Virus record (IMG/VR): IMGVR_UViG_3300033566_000071
Location: 1-61,846 of that record
Strand: one strand, 5' to 3'
DNA: 61,846 nucleotides
Origin: a virus
Below, piece by piece: positions 1 through 8,800 of the stretch. The stretch's first letter is position 1. The number at the start of each line of letters is the position of its first letter. Under the pieces are notes generated by a model that saw only the letters and a program-made list of their open reading frames with translations, had not been told where the DNA came from and searched no databases. A program made the position numbers and the translations under genes.

Positions 1-127
1 TTTTAGCCACATTATCCGTCGCCACTTTATTGATGGCCATTAGGTCATCGATTTGCTGCTTGACGGCAGAAGCTTTAGCTTCAACCTTTTGCTGATTGCG
101 ATCCATCCCAGCTGAAATGTCACTATA
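1..127. repeat. Terminal direct repeat, exact copy of 61720..61846 (circular-closure overlap)
   Basis: Compared base by base: the first 127 nt equal the last 127 nt. The repeat lies inside a reading frame that continues across the junction. Confidence 0.97.
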
Positions 128-916
128 ATCCACCGTAGGAGCTTCGCCCAGCTGCTCAAAATAGTTGGCCACGCGCCTATAAGGCACCGCACCACGCACA
201 CCTTTTCCGCCAGTGCTGCTACCCTCTTCCAGAGGAGGAGCTTCCATTTGAGCCATTGTGTTGGGTTTTGGTTTGGGCGAACTGGGTTGGCCGGGCATTG
301 GCTGCTTGCCGTTCAAAATGGCTAGGGCGCCTGCTCCAGCGAGCCCAGCTCCGGCTGTCAGGCCTGCGGCTTTCTTAATTCCCGAGGAAGAGGAAGGAGC
401 TTCAGGCATACCAACAGAAAAGCCTTGGGTTGCATTGGGGCCTGTGCCTGGATATTGCGTTTGCTTTGGAGCAGCCTCAGGGGCAGCGTTTAGCGACCCG
501 TCGTAAGGCTCGAGCCCCGGTGCGGGTTTTTTGGCAGCTGTCATCTCGGCCACCACTTCTTTGAGTGGGCGATTCTCGATCCTCGCTTTCGCTCGGGCAT
601 CGAGCAGCTCATCTCCAGAAAGGCCTGCAGCCGACGGAGGAAGCGGCTCACTATCCTTGGCTATTTTGATGTTACCTGGATTGGCCTCAGGGACCGGCTT
701 GGCTTCAGGAATGGCTTCCTCAATCGAAGGGCCAGCTGTCCGCTTGGGAGCAAACGCGCCAAACTCGTCGTCTTTCATCATGTTCTTGGTTTGCCGGGCG
801 AGCTCTTTGTCCGCTTCAGCGGCTTCGCGAAGACGCCCAGCGGCACGCAGTGACGCAACTTTGTCTTCAAGGGCATCCAGAATTTCTTGACCTGACCTAC
901 TGTAAATATTAGCCAT
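1..916 (-). CDS. 5' half of a junction-spanning late gene (internal virion/ejection-type protein, about 590 aa in total)
   Basis: The ATG at 916..914 overlaps the upstream stop (TAATG). My hand translation (MANIYSRSGQEILDAL...) found no minus-strand stop down to position 1. The frame is in phase with ORF 60863..61825 (916-106 is divisible by 3). It contains a Gly-zipper segment, AGLTAGAGLAGAGALAIL. Confidence 0.8.
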   Translation of the reverse strand, partial: MANIYSRSGQEILDALEDKVASLRAAGRLREAAEADKELARQTKNMMKDDEFGAFAPKRTAGPSIEEAIPEAKPVPEANPGNIKIAKDSEPLPPSAAGLSGDELLDARAKARIENRPLKEVVAEMTAAKKPAPGLEPYDGSLNAAPEAAPKQTQYPGTGPNATQGFSVGMPEAPSSSSGIKKAAGLTAGAGLAGAGALAILNGKQPMPGQPSSPKPKPNTMAQMEAPPLEEGSSTGGKGVRGAVPYRRVANYFEQLGEAPTVDYSDISAGMDRNQQKVEAKASAVKQQIDDLMAINKVATDNVAK

Positions 917-1884
917 TACCCTTGCCCCTGCTGTTGTGCTGCCAATCCACTAGCTCCACCTGCGGCAATTGCCGCTCCGGCTGTGCCTCCTGTCGCAACG
1001 ACGACAGCAATGGTGGCGGCTCCTGTTATAATTGCGCGCGTGTTCGCGGCTCTAGCCTTTTTGCGCCGCATTGCGCGCTCGGCTGCCTGCCTCATATTCT
1101 CAAGCTCCATCTTCTGGGCTTGTGTCATTTCACGCTGCCGATCGAGGGAGCCATTCTTCAAAGCTTCCACAATACGGTTGTGGGCTGTCGTCGCAAGTTT
1201 CATATCACGGTCGGCTGCATTTTGCAACGCACCTAGCTTATTTGCCAAGTCAATTTTGTTCTGCGCCGAAGAGACGGCGAAGTCGGCCAGCTGACGCTCG
1301 TTTGTAAACCTTCGCCCACCTTCGTCTTTGGCAAACTGAAGGCGGCTATCGAAAAGCTGCTGCTTGACATCAGAGCCAAGCTCTGCCAGTTGCTCCCTTT
1401 GGGCCCGGTTGAGAAAGGAAAGATTGTTGTCAGTTTCTATGCCAAATCGGCTCAGCCTTTCATTGGCCTCGATTTCTTTATCGGATAGGTTTTGCTGGGC
1501 ATCACGCTGCTCGCGTGTGAGGGCAGCTTGTTGCCCCATCTGAGCCTCGGCTTGTGCGGTTTGCTGTCCAAGCTGAGCCTGAGCCTGCTGGGTTTGCTTT
1601 TGCCCGATGGCTGCCTGAAGGGCTAGGTTGCCTCCCTGAAGGGCCTGCTGCCCCTGCTGGGCCGCTGTGCCGGCAATGGCTGTTCCAGTCTGCTTGGCTG
1701 CTGCTCCGCCTAAGGCCTGGGCCCCTGCAATGTCTGCCCCTGGAGCCGCTTGACCGGGCGTGAGGGGAGGCTGGGCTGCGCCGACAGCTGCCTGCATCTG
1801 CATGTCTTTTGCAGCTTTAAGCCTTTTGAATGCCTCTTTGTTTTGAGCCGGAGGTGTCATCAAATTGTCAAACGGAGTGGCCAT
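916..1884 (-). CDS. Q/A-rich coiled-coil internal virion protein candidate with C-terminal Gly/Ala hydrophobic segment
   Basis: 322-aa ORF. Low-complexity Q/A-rich helical sequence ending in ITGAATIAVVVATGGTAGAAIAAGGASGLAA. TAATG overlap with neighbours on both sides. Confidence 0.6.
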   Translation of the reverse strand: MATPFDNLMTPPAQNKEAFKRLKAAKDMQMQAAVGAAQPPLTPGQAAPGADIAGAQALGGAAAKQTGTAIAGTAAQQGQQALQGGNLALQAAIGQKQTQQAQAQLGQQTAQAEAQMGQQAALTREQRDAQQNLSDKEIEANERLSRFGIETDNNLSFLNRAQREQLAELGSDVKQQLFDSRLQFAKDEGGRRFTNERQLADFAVSSAQNKIDLANKLGALQNAADRDMKLATTAHNRIVEALKNGSLDRQREMTQAQKMELENMRQAAERAMRRKKARAANTRAIITGAATIAVVVATGGTAGAAIAAGGASGLAAQQQGQG

Positions 1885-2906
1885 TATGCTTTGCTCCCAT
1901 ACATAGCGGTTGTTTCATAGCTATTTGGTACTTCTGTTGTAGGCAGCCATGCCTTGTCAGCCTGCTTAATCGTTGATAGATTAGACAGTTCTTGCTTTTT
2001 CGCGGCTGCTTGGCTATCCATATAGGCATTTACACCCATGCCGCCTAAATTCACCACCCCACTTATCATGGCCGTTGTATTGTCCTGGGCGATTTGGGCG
2101 TTCATTATCTTTATGGCGTCGTCAATACTCATCTGTGCCATTTTCTTCGAAAAAGCCAGCTCGTCTGTCAGATCGGATTCTTTCCAGCCAATTTGCTGAA
2201 GAACGTCTACAGTGTTTTCGCCCATCAAAATGCGCTGCGTTTCTTGTGCAAACTGGATATTGTTCTTGAGATTACGCTCTTCACCTATTGCATTGATTTC
2301 ATCAAGATAGGCCTTATCACGCAGGGCGAGGTTCATCGAAAGCTGCTCAAGCTGGGCGCTGTCGCGGCGGTAGGCAAGCTCTCTATTGTCCTGCTCAAAT
2401 TGCTGAAACAGATTATTCTCATTGAGCTTTTTCTCAGTGAGCATGTTCTGAATCGAGCGTTCTGCTGCATTTGCTGTCTCATCTATTTTGGTGCGCTCGC
2501 TAGATGTCAGCTTTGCTAAGGCTTGACTTTCCTGAGAAGCAATTCCCTCGCGAGCGAGGGCGCCTTGCTGGGCGAGGCTTTGTTCTCCTAGGGAGCGTGA
2601 CGCATCCATCTCGGCCTGCTTTTGGGCGAGCTGTGCGTTTGCGTCTGTCTCCTTTTGGCCAAGAGCCTGAAGCCCCTGCGAATTCTGTTTACCCACGTCA
2701 CTTAGGGCTGCTTTAGCTTCATCAATTGCCGCTCCTTCTTGAAGAGAGGATGCATTTGGTATGCCGGTGTTGGCACCTTGCTTGCCTGTCTTTGCGCCTA
2801 AAAGCGTAGCTGCCTGCTGCGTATTCGATTGATCTGTCGCTAAAGCTCCTTGAGCCGCTGCCTGCTGGGCCTGCATCCTTTTTTGAAGAACGTCTAAAAG
2901 TGCCAT
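1884..2906 (-). CDS. Q/A/E-rich coiled-coil internal virion protein candidate
   Basis: 340-aa ORF in the late arm with helical low-complexity composition and a hydrophobic Gly-rich patch, MISGVVNLGGMGVNAY. Confidence 0.55.
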   Translation of the reverse strand: MALLDVLQKRMQAQQAAAQGALATDQSNTQQAATLLGAKTGKQGANTGIPNASSLQEGAAIDEAKAALSDVGKQNSQGLQALGQKETDANAQLAQKQAEMDASRSLGEQSLAQQGALAREGIASQESQALAKLTSSERTKIDETANAAERSIQNMLTEKKLNENNLFQQFEQDNRELAYRRDSAQLEQLSMNLALRDKAYLDEINAIGEERNLKNNIQFAQETQRILMGENTVDVLQQIGWKESDLTDELAFSKKMAQMSIDDAIKIMNAQIAQDNTTAMISGVVNLGGMGVNAYMDSQAAAKKQELSNLSTIKQADKAWLPTTEVPNSYETTAMYGSKA

Positions 2907-2907
2907 A

Positions 2908-5490
2908 TTATGCGCCCCCTGCCGGTTTATTTCCTGTCATTGTATTCTTCTTAACCACCTTGTCATTGGCCGCTGCCCTGTCTTGTGGTGTCGACTTTTC
3001 TTGAGGCTTAAGCTCCACTACAGTTTTGGCACCTGTTATACCCTGCGTCACAGCCTTTTGCATATCCTGAAGAGACTTAATTAGAGTTTTCAGCTTATCT
3101 TGCGCGCTAATTCCAATACCCATGTTCTGAGCTGTACCGTATTTATCAAGCTCAGCTTGTGTGGTAGAGATGGCTTTACTGATAGCGGCATCCATTTCCG
3201 CCCGACGCTGTGGTGTCTCATTATATCTAGCCTTATCAAAGGTGTAGGTAACGTTACCAGTTTCTGTATCGACACTGAAATTCTTCAGGAATGGGAGTGA
3301 AGATAGAGTTTGAATTGGCTGACTAAGTGGTCCGTTTGCTGCAGAGAACTTCTCATATTGCTGATTGATTTTAGTGTCCGCAATCTTAGCTTTCCATATG
3401 TCAGCATTTTCTAGGCTGTTTACAAACCAAGGACTATTCATAAGCTCTTCGAACTGCCCTGTCTGACTATACCTATCATATAATGCCTTGGCCTCTTTGG
3501 CATCGATTCGCCCATCATTCGCTAGAGCTGTAGAGGCATCTTCTTTCACTGGGTCCGAAGAGCCGAATGAAGCTCCTTCCTGGAAGTCCTTTTTGTATGT
3601 CTTCAGGATGTCGGCAAATGTATGAGCCGGATCAGCAATCATAGCCTTAACGCCAGCCTTCGATGGATTGGCCAGCTGCTTGAGTAAGTCGAGGTCTTCT
3701 GGGCCAAGCTTCTTATCGTCGCCCAGAAGATTTTCTTTAAAGAATTTCCACTTAGCCTGAGCGTCACTATCGCCCATCATGGCATAGGTTTCCAGCTTTT
3801 GCATGCCTTTGTTGAAGTCGTCCAACGACACTTCGGCACCCATGAAGATGCTGAGGAGCTTTTGTGGGTCGTTGCCAGCCTGCTGAAGGTCGAGGGCAAT
3901 CTGCTGATTCTCCTTAACCTTCGCCCATATGCGTGGATCCGCCGCTAGCTTCGCCGCATCTGCCACATCAATCGATCCGGCATTGATGGCTTTCTGAAAG
4001 TCATTGTCGGCTGTTATGGATTCGGGCAAACTATCAAATGTTGTCGCCCAGGTTTTGGCTTTGGCTGCCTGCTCAGCCGTAGCTATCCCACCCGGCTTAA
4101 AGCCAATAAGCTTTTGAAGGCTGGGGTTGGATTCCATCAAAGTGGTAGCTTCCATTTGCGCAGCAATTTCTTCGGCTGTTGCGTTTTTCAAATTCGCTAC
4201 AGCCTCGGGGTTTCGCTCAAGACGTGCCTTAAGATTGGTGTCTGTCGAGAGGGCCTGCCAAAGAGGAGAAGAGGAAGCTCGCGTTGACAATTCAGACAGC
4301 TGCTCTTTTGAAAGGTATTGCGGAGAGGCTCCGAAGAGTTTTTCAAAGAGGGCAGGAGAGGTGGCGGATTTCAGCGAGCTAAAATCCTTTTGCGTAGTGG
4401 CAACGTCAGCCGTGGCAGCGCGAACATCCTCTGAGAGGGCTGCTAGGGCAGCCTTATGAGTGTCTAGCCAAGCAGCTAGCTCGGGTTCATTTTTCTTTAG
4501 CTGGGCCATGGCGGCAGGGTTTTCGAGCGCCGTCAGAATTTGCTGGCTAATTCCCTCATCGCCCAGAAGCGTTTGGACGTCATATTTCTGACCATTGAAG
4601 TTGACAATGTCGCCTGAGTCGACGGCAGCCTGCAAGCTATCAAAATCCGCCTCTTTCGAAGCAACACCTGTTTGACCAAGCTTCTGCAGTTCCTGCTGGA
4701 CCTGCAGGCGCCTATTTCCAGTGGCACTAATAAGCTCTGCCTCGAGCTCCTGCACCCGGTTATAACCCTGACTTTCGACATTTTGAATGGCCTGCTTTAG
4801 TTGGTCGGGCGAATATTGTAGAAGGTCGGCCTCAGAAATGCCAAGGTCTTGGGCGAGTTGGGATGTATTCTGAAGGCCAAGATCGGCCACTCTCACGGAA
4901 GGTTGGCTGCCGAATTGTCCGGCAACTGTCTCCGAGGCGCCTTTGAAAAAGCCCTTCATTTCCTCGGGTGTGACAAGTCGCCCAAGAGCATTCGAAGCGG
5001 CTAAGATGGCTGCTTCTTTTTGCTGCTCTGTCACCGCGCCCTTATATTGGGTTAAGGCTGTATTGAGTCCAGCTTGCTGCTGGGGGAGGGCCGTTCCAAC
5101 TGTCGTCTCATTTATTTGCAGCTCGGGCGCTTGCGCTTCAGCCGTCGCCAATTTTTGCTTGACGAGGTTTTCCATCTGCATGTTGATGGAGCCGAGAGAT
5201 TTTAATCGCTCAAGTTTCTGGTCTGGGGGCTCTACAGCTTCGGGCTGGGTGGGTGTTACGCGCTGGGCCTGCTGGAGAGTTTGGGCCGGGGCCGGGGTTG
5301 TAACGGCAGCATTCTGCCTAGCTGGCGTTGCGGCCATCTTGGCTTGGTCCGGGTTGGCCCCGATGTTCTTAGCGCCCATAGGGGTGGTGGGGCTAAAGCC
5401 TGCCTGCTCGGAGAGCTTTTTGAGCTCTTCGTCACTTGTTTCAACAAGTTTCGTACCTTGCTTCTGAATTGTAGTGCCGGCGTTCGCCAT
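2908..5490 (-). CDS. Large (860 aa) alpha-helical internal virion/ejection protein candidate
   Basis: Long uninterrupted ORF just downstream of the nozzle-like gene, at the position of T7 gp15/16-type proteins. No catalytic motif recognised. Confidence 0.5.
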   Translation of the reverse strand: MANAGTTIQKQGTKLVETSDEELKKLSEQAGFSPTTPMGAKNIGANPDQAKMAATPARQNAAVTTPAPAQTLQQAQRVTPTQPEAVEPPDQKLERLKSLGSINMQMENLVKQKLATAEAQAPELQINETTVGTALPQQQAGLNTALTQYKGAVTEQQKEAAILAASNALGRLVTPEEMKGFFKGASETVAGQFGSQPSVRVADLGLQNTSQLAQDLGISEADLLQYSPDQLKQAIQNVESQGYNRVQELEAELISATGNRRLQVQQELQKLGQTGVASKEADFDSLQAAVDSGDIVNFNGQKYDVQTLLGDEGISQQILTALENPAAMAQLKKNEPELAAWLDTHKAALAALSEDVRAATADVATTQKDFSSLKSATSPALFEKLFGASPQYLSKEQLSELSTRASSSPLWQALSTDTNLKARLERNPEAVANLKNATAEEIAAQMEATTLMESNPSLQKLIGFKPGGIATAEQAAKAKTWATTFDSLPESITADNDFQKAINAGSIDVADAAKLAADPRIWAKVKENQQIALDLQQAGNDPQKLLSIFMGAEVSLDDFNKGMQKLETYAMMGDSDAQAKWKFFKENLLGDDKKLGPEDLDLLKQLANPSKAGVKAMIADPAHTFADILKTYKKDFQEGASFGSSDPVKEDASTALANDGRIDAKEAKALYDRYSQTGQFEELMNSPWFVNSLENADIWKAKIADTKINQQYEKFSAANGPLSQPIQTLSSLPFLKNFSVDTETGNVTYTFDKARYNETPQRRAEMDAAISKAISTTQAELDKYGTAQNMGIGISAQDKLKTLIKSLQDMQKAVTQGITGAKTVVELKPQEKSTPQDRAAANDKVVKKNTMTGNKPAGGA

Positions 5491-5509
5491 ATGCCCCCCA
5501 ATAGGTCCT

Positions 5510-5539
5510 GTTATATCAGATGATTATGCAACAAGTCAA
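5510..5539 (-). promoter_or_regulatory. Sigma70-like promoter candidate, TTGACT-N18-TATAAC
   Basis: Minus-strand reading of the 53-nt gap upstream of the 860-aa gene: TTGACT (5539..5534), an 18-nt spacer, then TATAAC (5515..5510). A G-rich RBS and the ATG at 5490 follow. Confidence 0.4.
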
Positions 5540-5543
5540 TCGG

Positions 5544-5849
5544 CTATTTTCGTCTGTACAGTGGATAAAGACCCAACTGCAGGGCCTTCACAACACTCTC
5601 GTCGAGGTCATTTTTCAGCGCCGCATCAAGTCCTGAGAAATGAAGGACAGCATGTGTTATTTCATGGAAGAGAATTTCCTCTGCATACTCATCCGTCAGC
5701 ACACTGTCAATCTTTATTTCACATTTCCCAGTTCGCTCATCAATATCGAAAAGGCCATGGCTGTCAGGCAATACGTCTCTTGAGACAGGAATGGTGATGC
5801 CCATAACTACCACTTCCGTGGGTAGCTTGCGGGGCGATTTGGCGGCCAT
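5544..5849 (-). CDS. Small HExxH (zinc-metallopeptidase-like) protein
   Basis: 101-aa ORF with the motif EEILFHEITHAVLHFSG. TAATG overlap with the 1851-aa gene. Confidence 0.5.
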   Translation of the reverse strand: MAAKSPRKLPTEVVVMGITIPVSRDVLPDSHGLFDIDERTGKCEIKIDSVLTDEYAEEILFHEITHAVLHFSGLDAALKNDLDESVVKALQLGLYPLYRRK

Positions 5850-8800
5850 TAGAGATTTCCTCCGAAATCATGTGCTTGCCTTACGGCGTTGAAATTCAAT
5901 AGGTTCACTACGTAGCTTTGCCCGACAATGACAAGCTGCTGACTGAGCTGCTCGTGTGTCAGTTTCATTTGGAAGTAGGTGCCCTTCTTATCATCGGGGC
6001 TGCATTGGATGAGCTGAGATCCATCCACAGTGGTCATAGAGATGCGTGAATTCAAAACAAAAGAGGTGCTGAGGTTTGTGGCTGTGTAAATATTGACGCT
6101 TGTTAGCGCGGTTTCATCTGCATCAATCTGCACCGCACATCTCAGAACGCTTTTTCTATCGCCCGGGACGCCAAAGTCTTCTGCGCGGAATGTGATGCTC
6201 GCTGGGATTGCAGAGGTGCCGTCACGGAAATCGAGTGACGATCCGTAGTTACGGTATTGGTAGACAGACCCTTCCACCCCAGCGAAGAAGTTATTGTCGT
6301 CTTTGTTACATCCCAAAATAGCCGCTACGTTTGTGAAACGTGTCCAGCTTCCTGGCATGCCCACTTCTTCATTATCATATTGATAGATGAAGGACTGAGT
6401 TGGGTAGGTGTCACCTGTGCCTGGGTTGGCTGTAGGCGGAAGATAGACGGAATATTGACGCCTATCGCCCCAGTGGGAAGCTGCCGCAATGTCAAGAGAA
6501 GTGTTATCGACAAGGCTGTCCCACTTTCCTCTCATATACCTTCCAACAAACACAACCTGCATGTCTTTTGTCAGCTTATAGATGCCGCCCTTGTTGACAA
6601 ACATAATGCCGTCTTTGGTGGGTGTAATTGTCTTCGGAGCCGTACATCCTACGCCCCTACTATCAATTTTTTGATATTGACGTGTGGCAGTGTTACAGAC
6701 ATACATTGAGTTGGCTTTAAAAAATACCACCACTTGGTTGAGGTTGGCTGCACCAAATGTCGATGTGCCGAAGAATGGAATGGCCGCTGTCAGTTCCTGT
6801 CCGTCGGCTGGGTTGATGTCCACGACGCTTCTGCTCATCGTTGGATCGGCATCCAAATTATCAAATATTTCAGGATAGTTTTTGAAGCTAATGGCGGCGC
6901 GAGAAGGATAGAGGAAAGTTTGTGAACTAACCACTTCAGCTGAAGCGCGTGCCAGCCCGTTGACAAAAACGCCGAGCCCTGTTGGGAGGGTGCCCAAGAC
7001 AATCTCGCTAAACCCAGATTGCGTCACTTGGTTTTCAATGACAACTTGCCCAATCCCATAATCGGCCCCTGCGTAAGCTGTCAGCCATGGGCGAAAGGAT
7101 GGGTAGGTTGATTTGGTGTTATATTTAGAAAACACCATAGTGAAATTGATAGCGTCGGCTAAGCGCCTTGCCGCAATAAGCTCAGCGCTGGCAGAGCTAT
7201 TCCCATCTACCTGCCCGTAATTGCCGTCTGTTCCAAGCCAAACTGGAATGTCTGTCTTCACTGTGGCTGCGACATATCTATTGGGCGAAACTGTTCCAAA
7301 TGCAGGGGCGGTCGAAAACCCTCGCCCAGTTAGCTGAAATGTATCCACGTCTGCCGAGCTAATCTGAAACCAGCCACAGTAGCTGTTAGGTTGATTGTCG
7401 CCCAGAGCTGCATAGAACAAGTAAATCCAGTTACCTGTCACAAGCCCGTGTGCTGGTGAATAGAATAGGTCACTCGATTGCCACCCGCTTGACGTGAGTG
7501 TGTTAGTGCCGGCTCCGGCATTTGAATAGGTGATGGCGGTGCCCGCAACAGCGTCCGCACGGGTACGTGCAAGCTTAAAGGTGCTAGCCGAGACATAGAT
7601 GGCGTAGTAGGTGGTGGCAGCGGTGAGGCCTCCTCCACTTGTGGCCACAGGCAGTGATGCACCTGTTAGTCTAATTGCAGCTCCCGTCAGTAGGCCATGG
7701 GCAGCCTTGGTGATGATGCCTGTTCCTATTGTGACGTCTGCATCGGTGAACGTGAAGGTGCCCGTGAAAGGAAGTGTAACGGTGCCGGATGTGACATATT
7801 CATAGCTCTGAACATTCTCAAAGTCAGATGTGGTCGCTACCTCATCACTATCTTTTCGGAAAAGATATTTGAAGCCTGCCATAGCAGCCGTTGTGACAGA
7901 GCTTGACGTAGGCTTCATTGTGATGTCCCAGCGCGGCCATCCTTTGAGGTTGCCTATGATTAGGGAATTGTCGGCTGACGTGACAAATCCAGCCTTATAA
8001 GGAGGCTGCCATCCAGTTCCTATTTCTGTCCCCAAAAGGGCTGTGTTAACTGGATCGAGTTGAGTGAGAAAATCATCATCCAAATCATCATAGATTATGG
8101 GAACGATGGGCGAGGTTGAGGTCATGTCTAGAGCAATGCGCTTTGTCAGGTAGAATGGAGCGGAGGTGTCAGATTTTGTCTTGTAAAATTCCATCTCTAT
8201 TCTGGCATAATCCGAAAATCCAACTATGGGATAGTCGGACGCCTTAATCATAACCCTTCCAGCTGTGTACACGTCAAAATACATATCACTGCTATTGGCC
8301 GCTGCCGAGGCAATAACATTATCATTGGCATCAATCATATTGAAACGAACGTAGTAGCGAAACCGCTTCACTTTAATGAGCGTACCAGTGTTTGCTAGGC
8401 TGGACGTATCTCCGCCGACAATGATGTTCCACTTGTCTGTAGTGTCTGGAACAAGCTGCTTATCCACCACCGTAAAAACCTGCAGCGTGTGTGTGCTGTC
8501 ATAAATCCTATCGCCCACGTCGAATGCATCAGAGGCAATTTGGAAATATTTACCAGTGGTTGAGGTGTTTGTGTAGGCGACAGCAAATCCGGGCTGTATA
8601 CTTGCCACTGACGTATCTAGATTCATAAACACAGCTGGAATATTACGGCGCAGTCCTGCATCGTAATTATTTGTGCCATCATATTTTACAATATCATCAT
8701 CGCCGTTGGTGAAAAACATTGTATCGGCCATAACTGTTGAGGCTACAACTGGCTGGCTGCTATAGGTGTTATAGTCAAAATATTGGTAGGCTGTGTCCAC

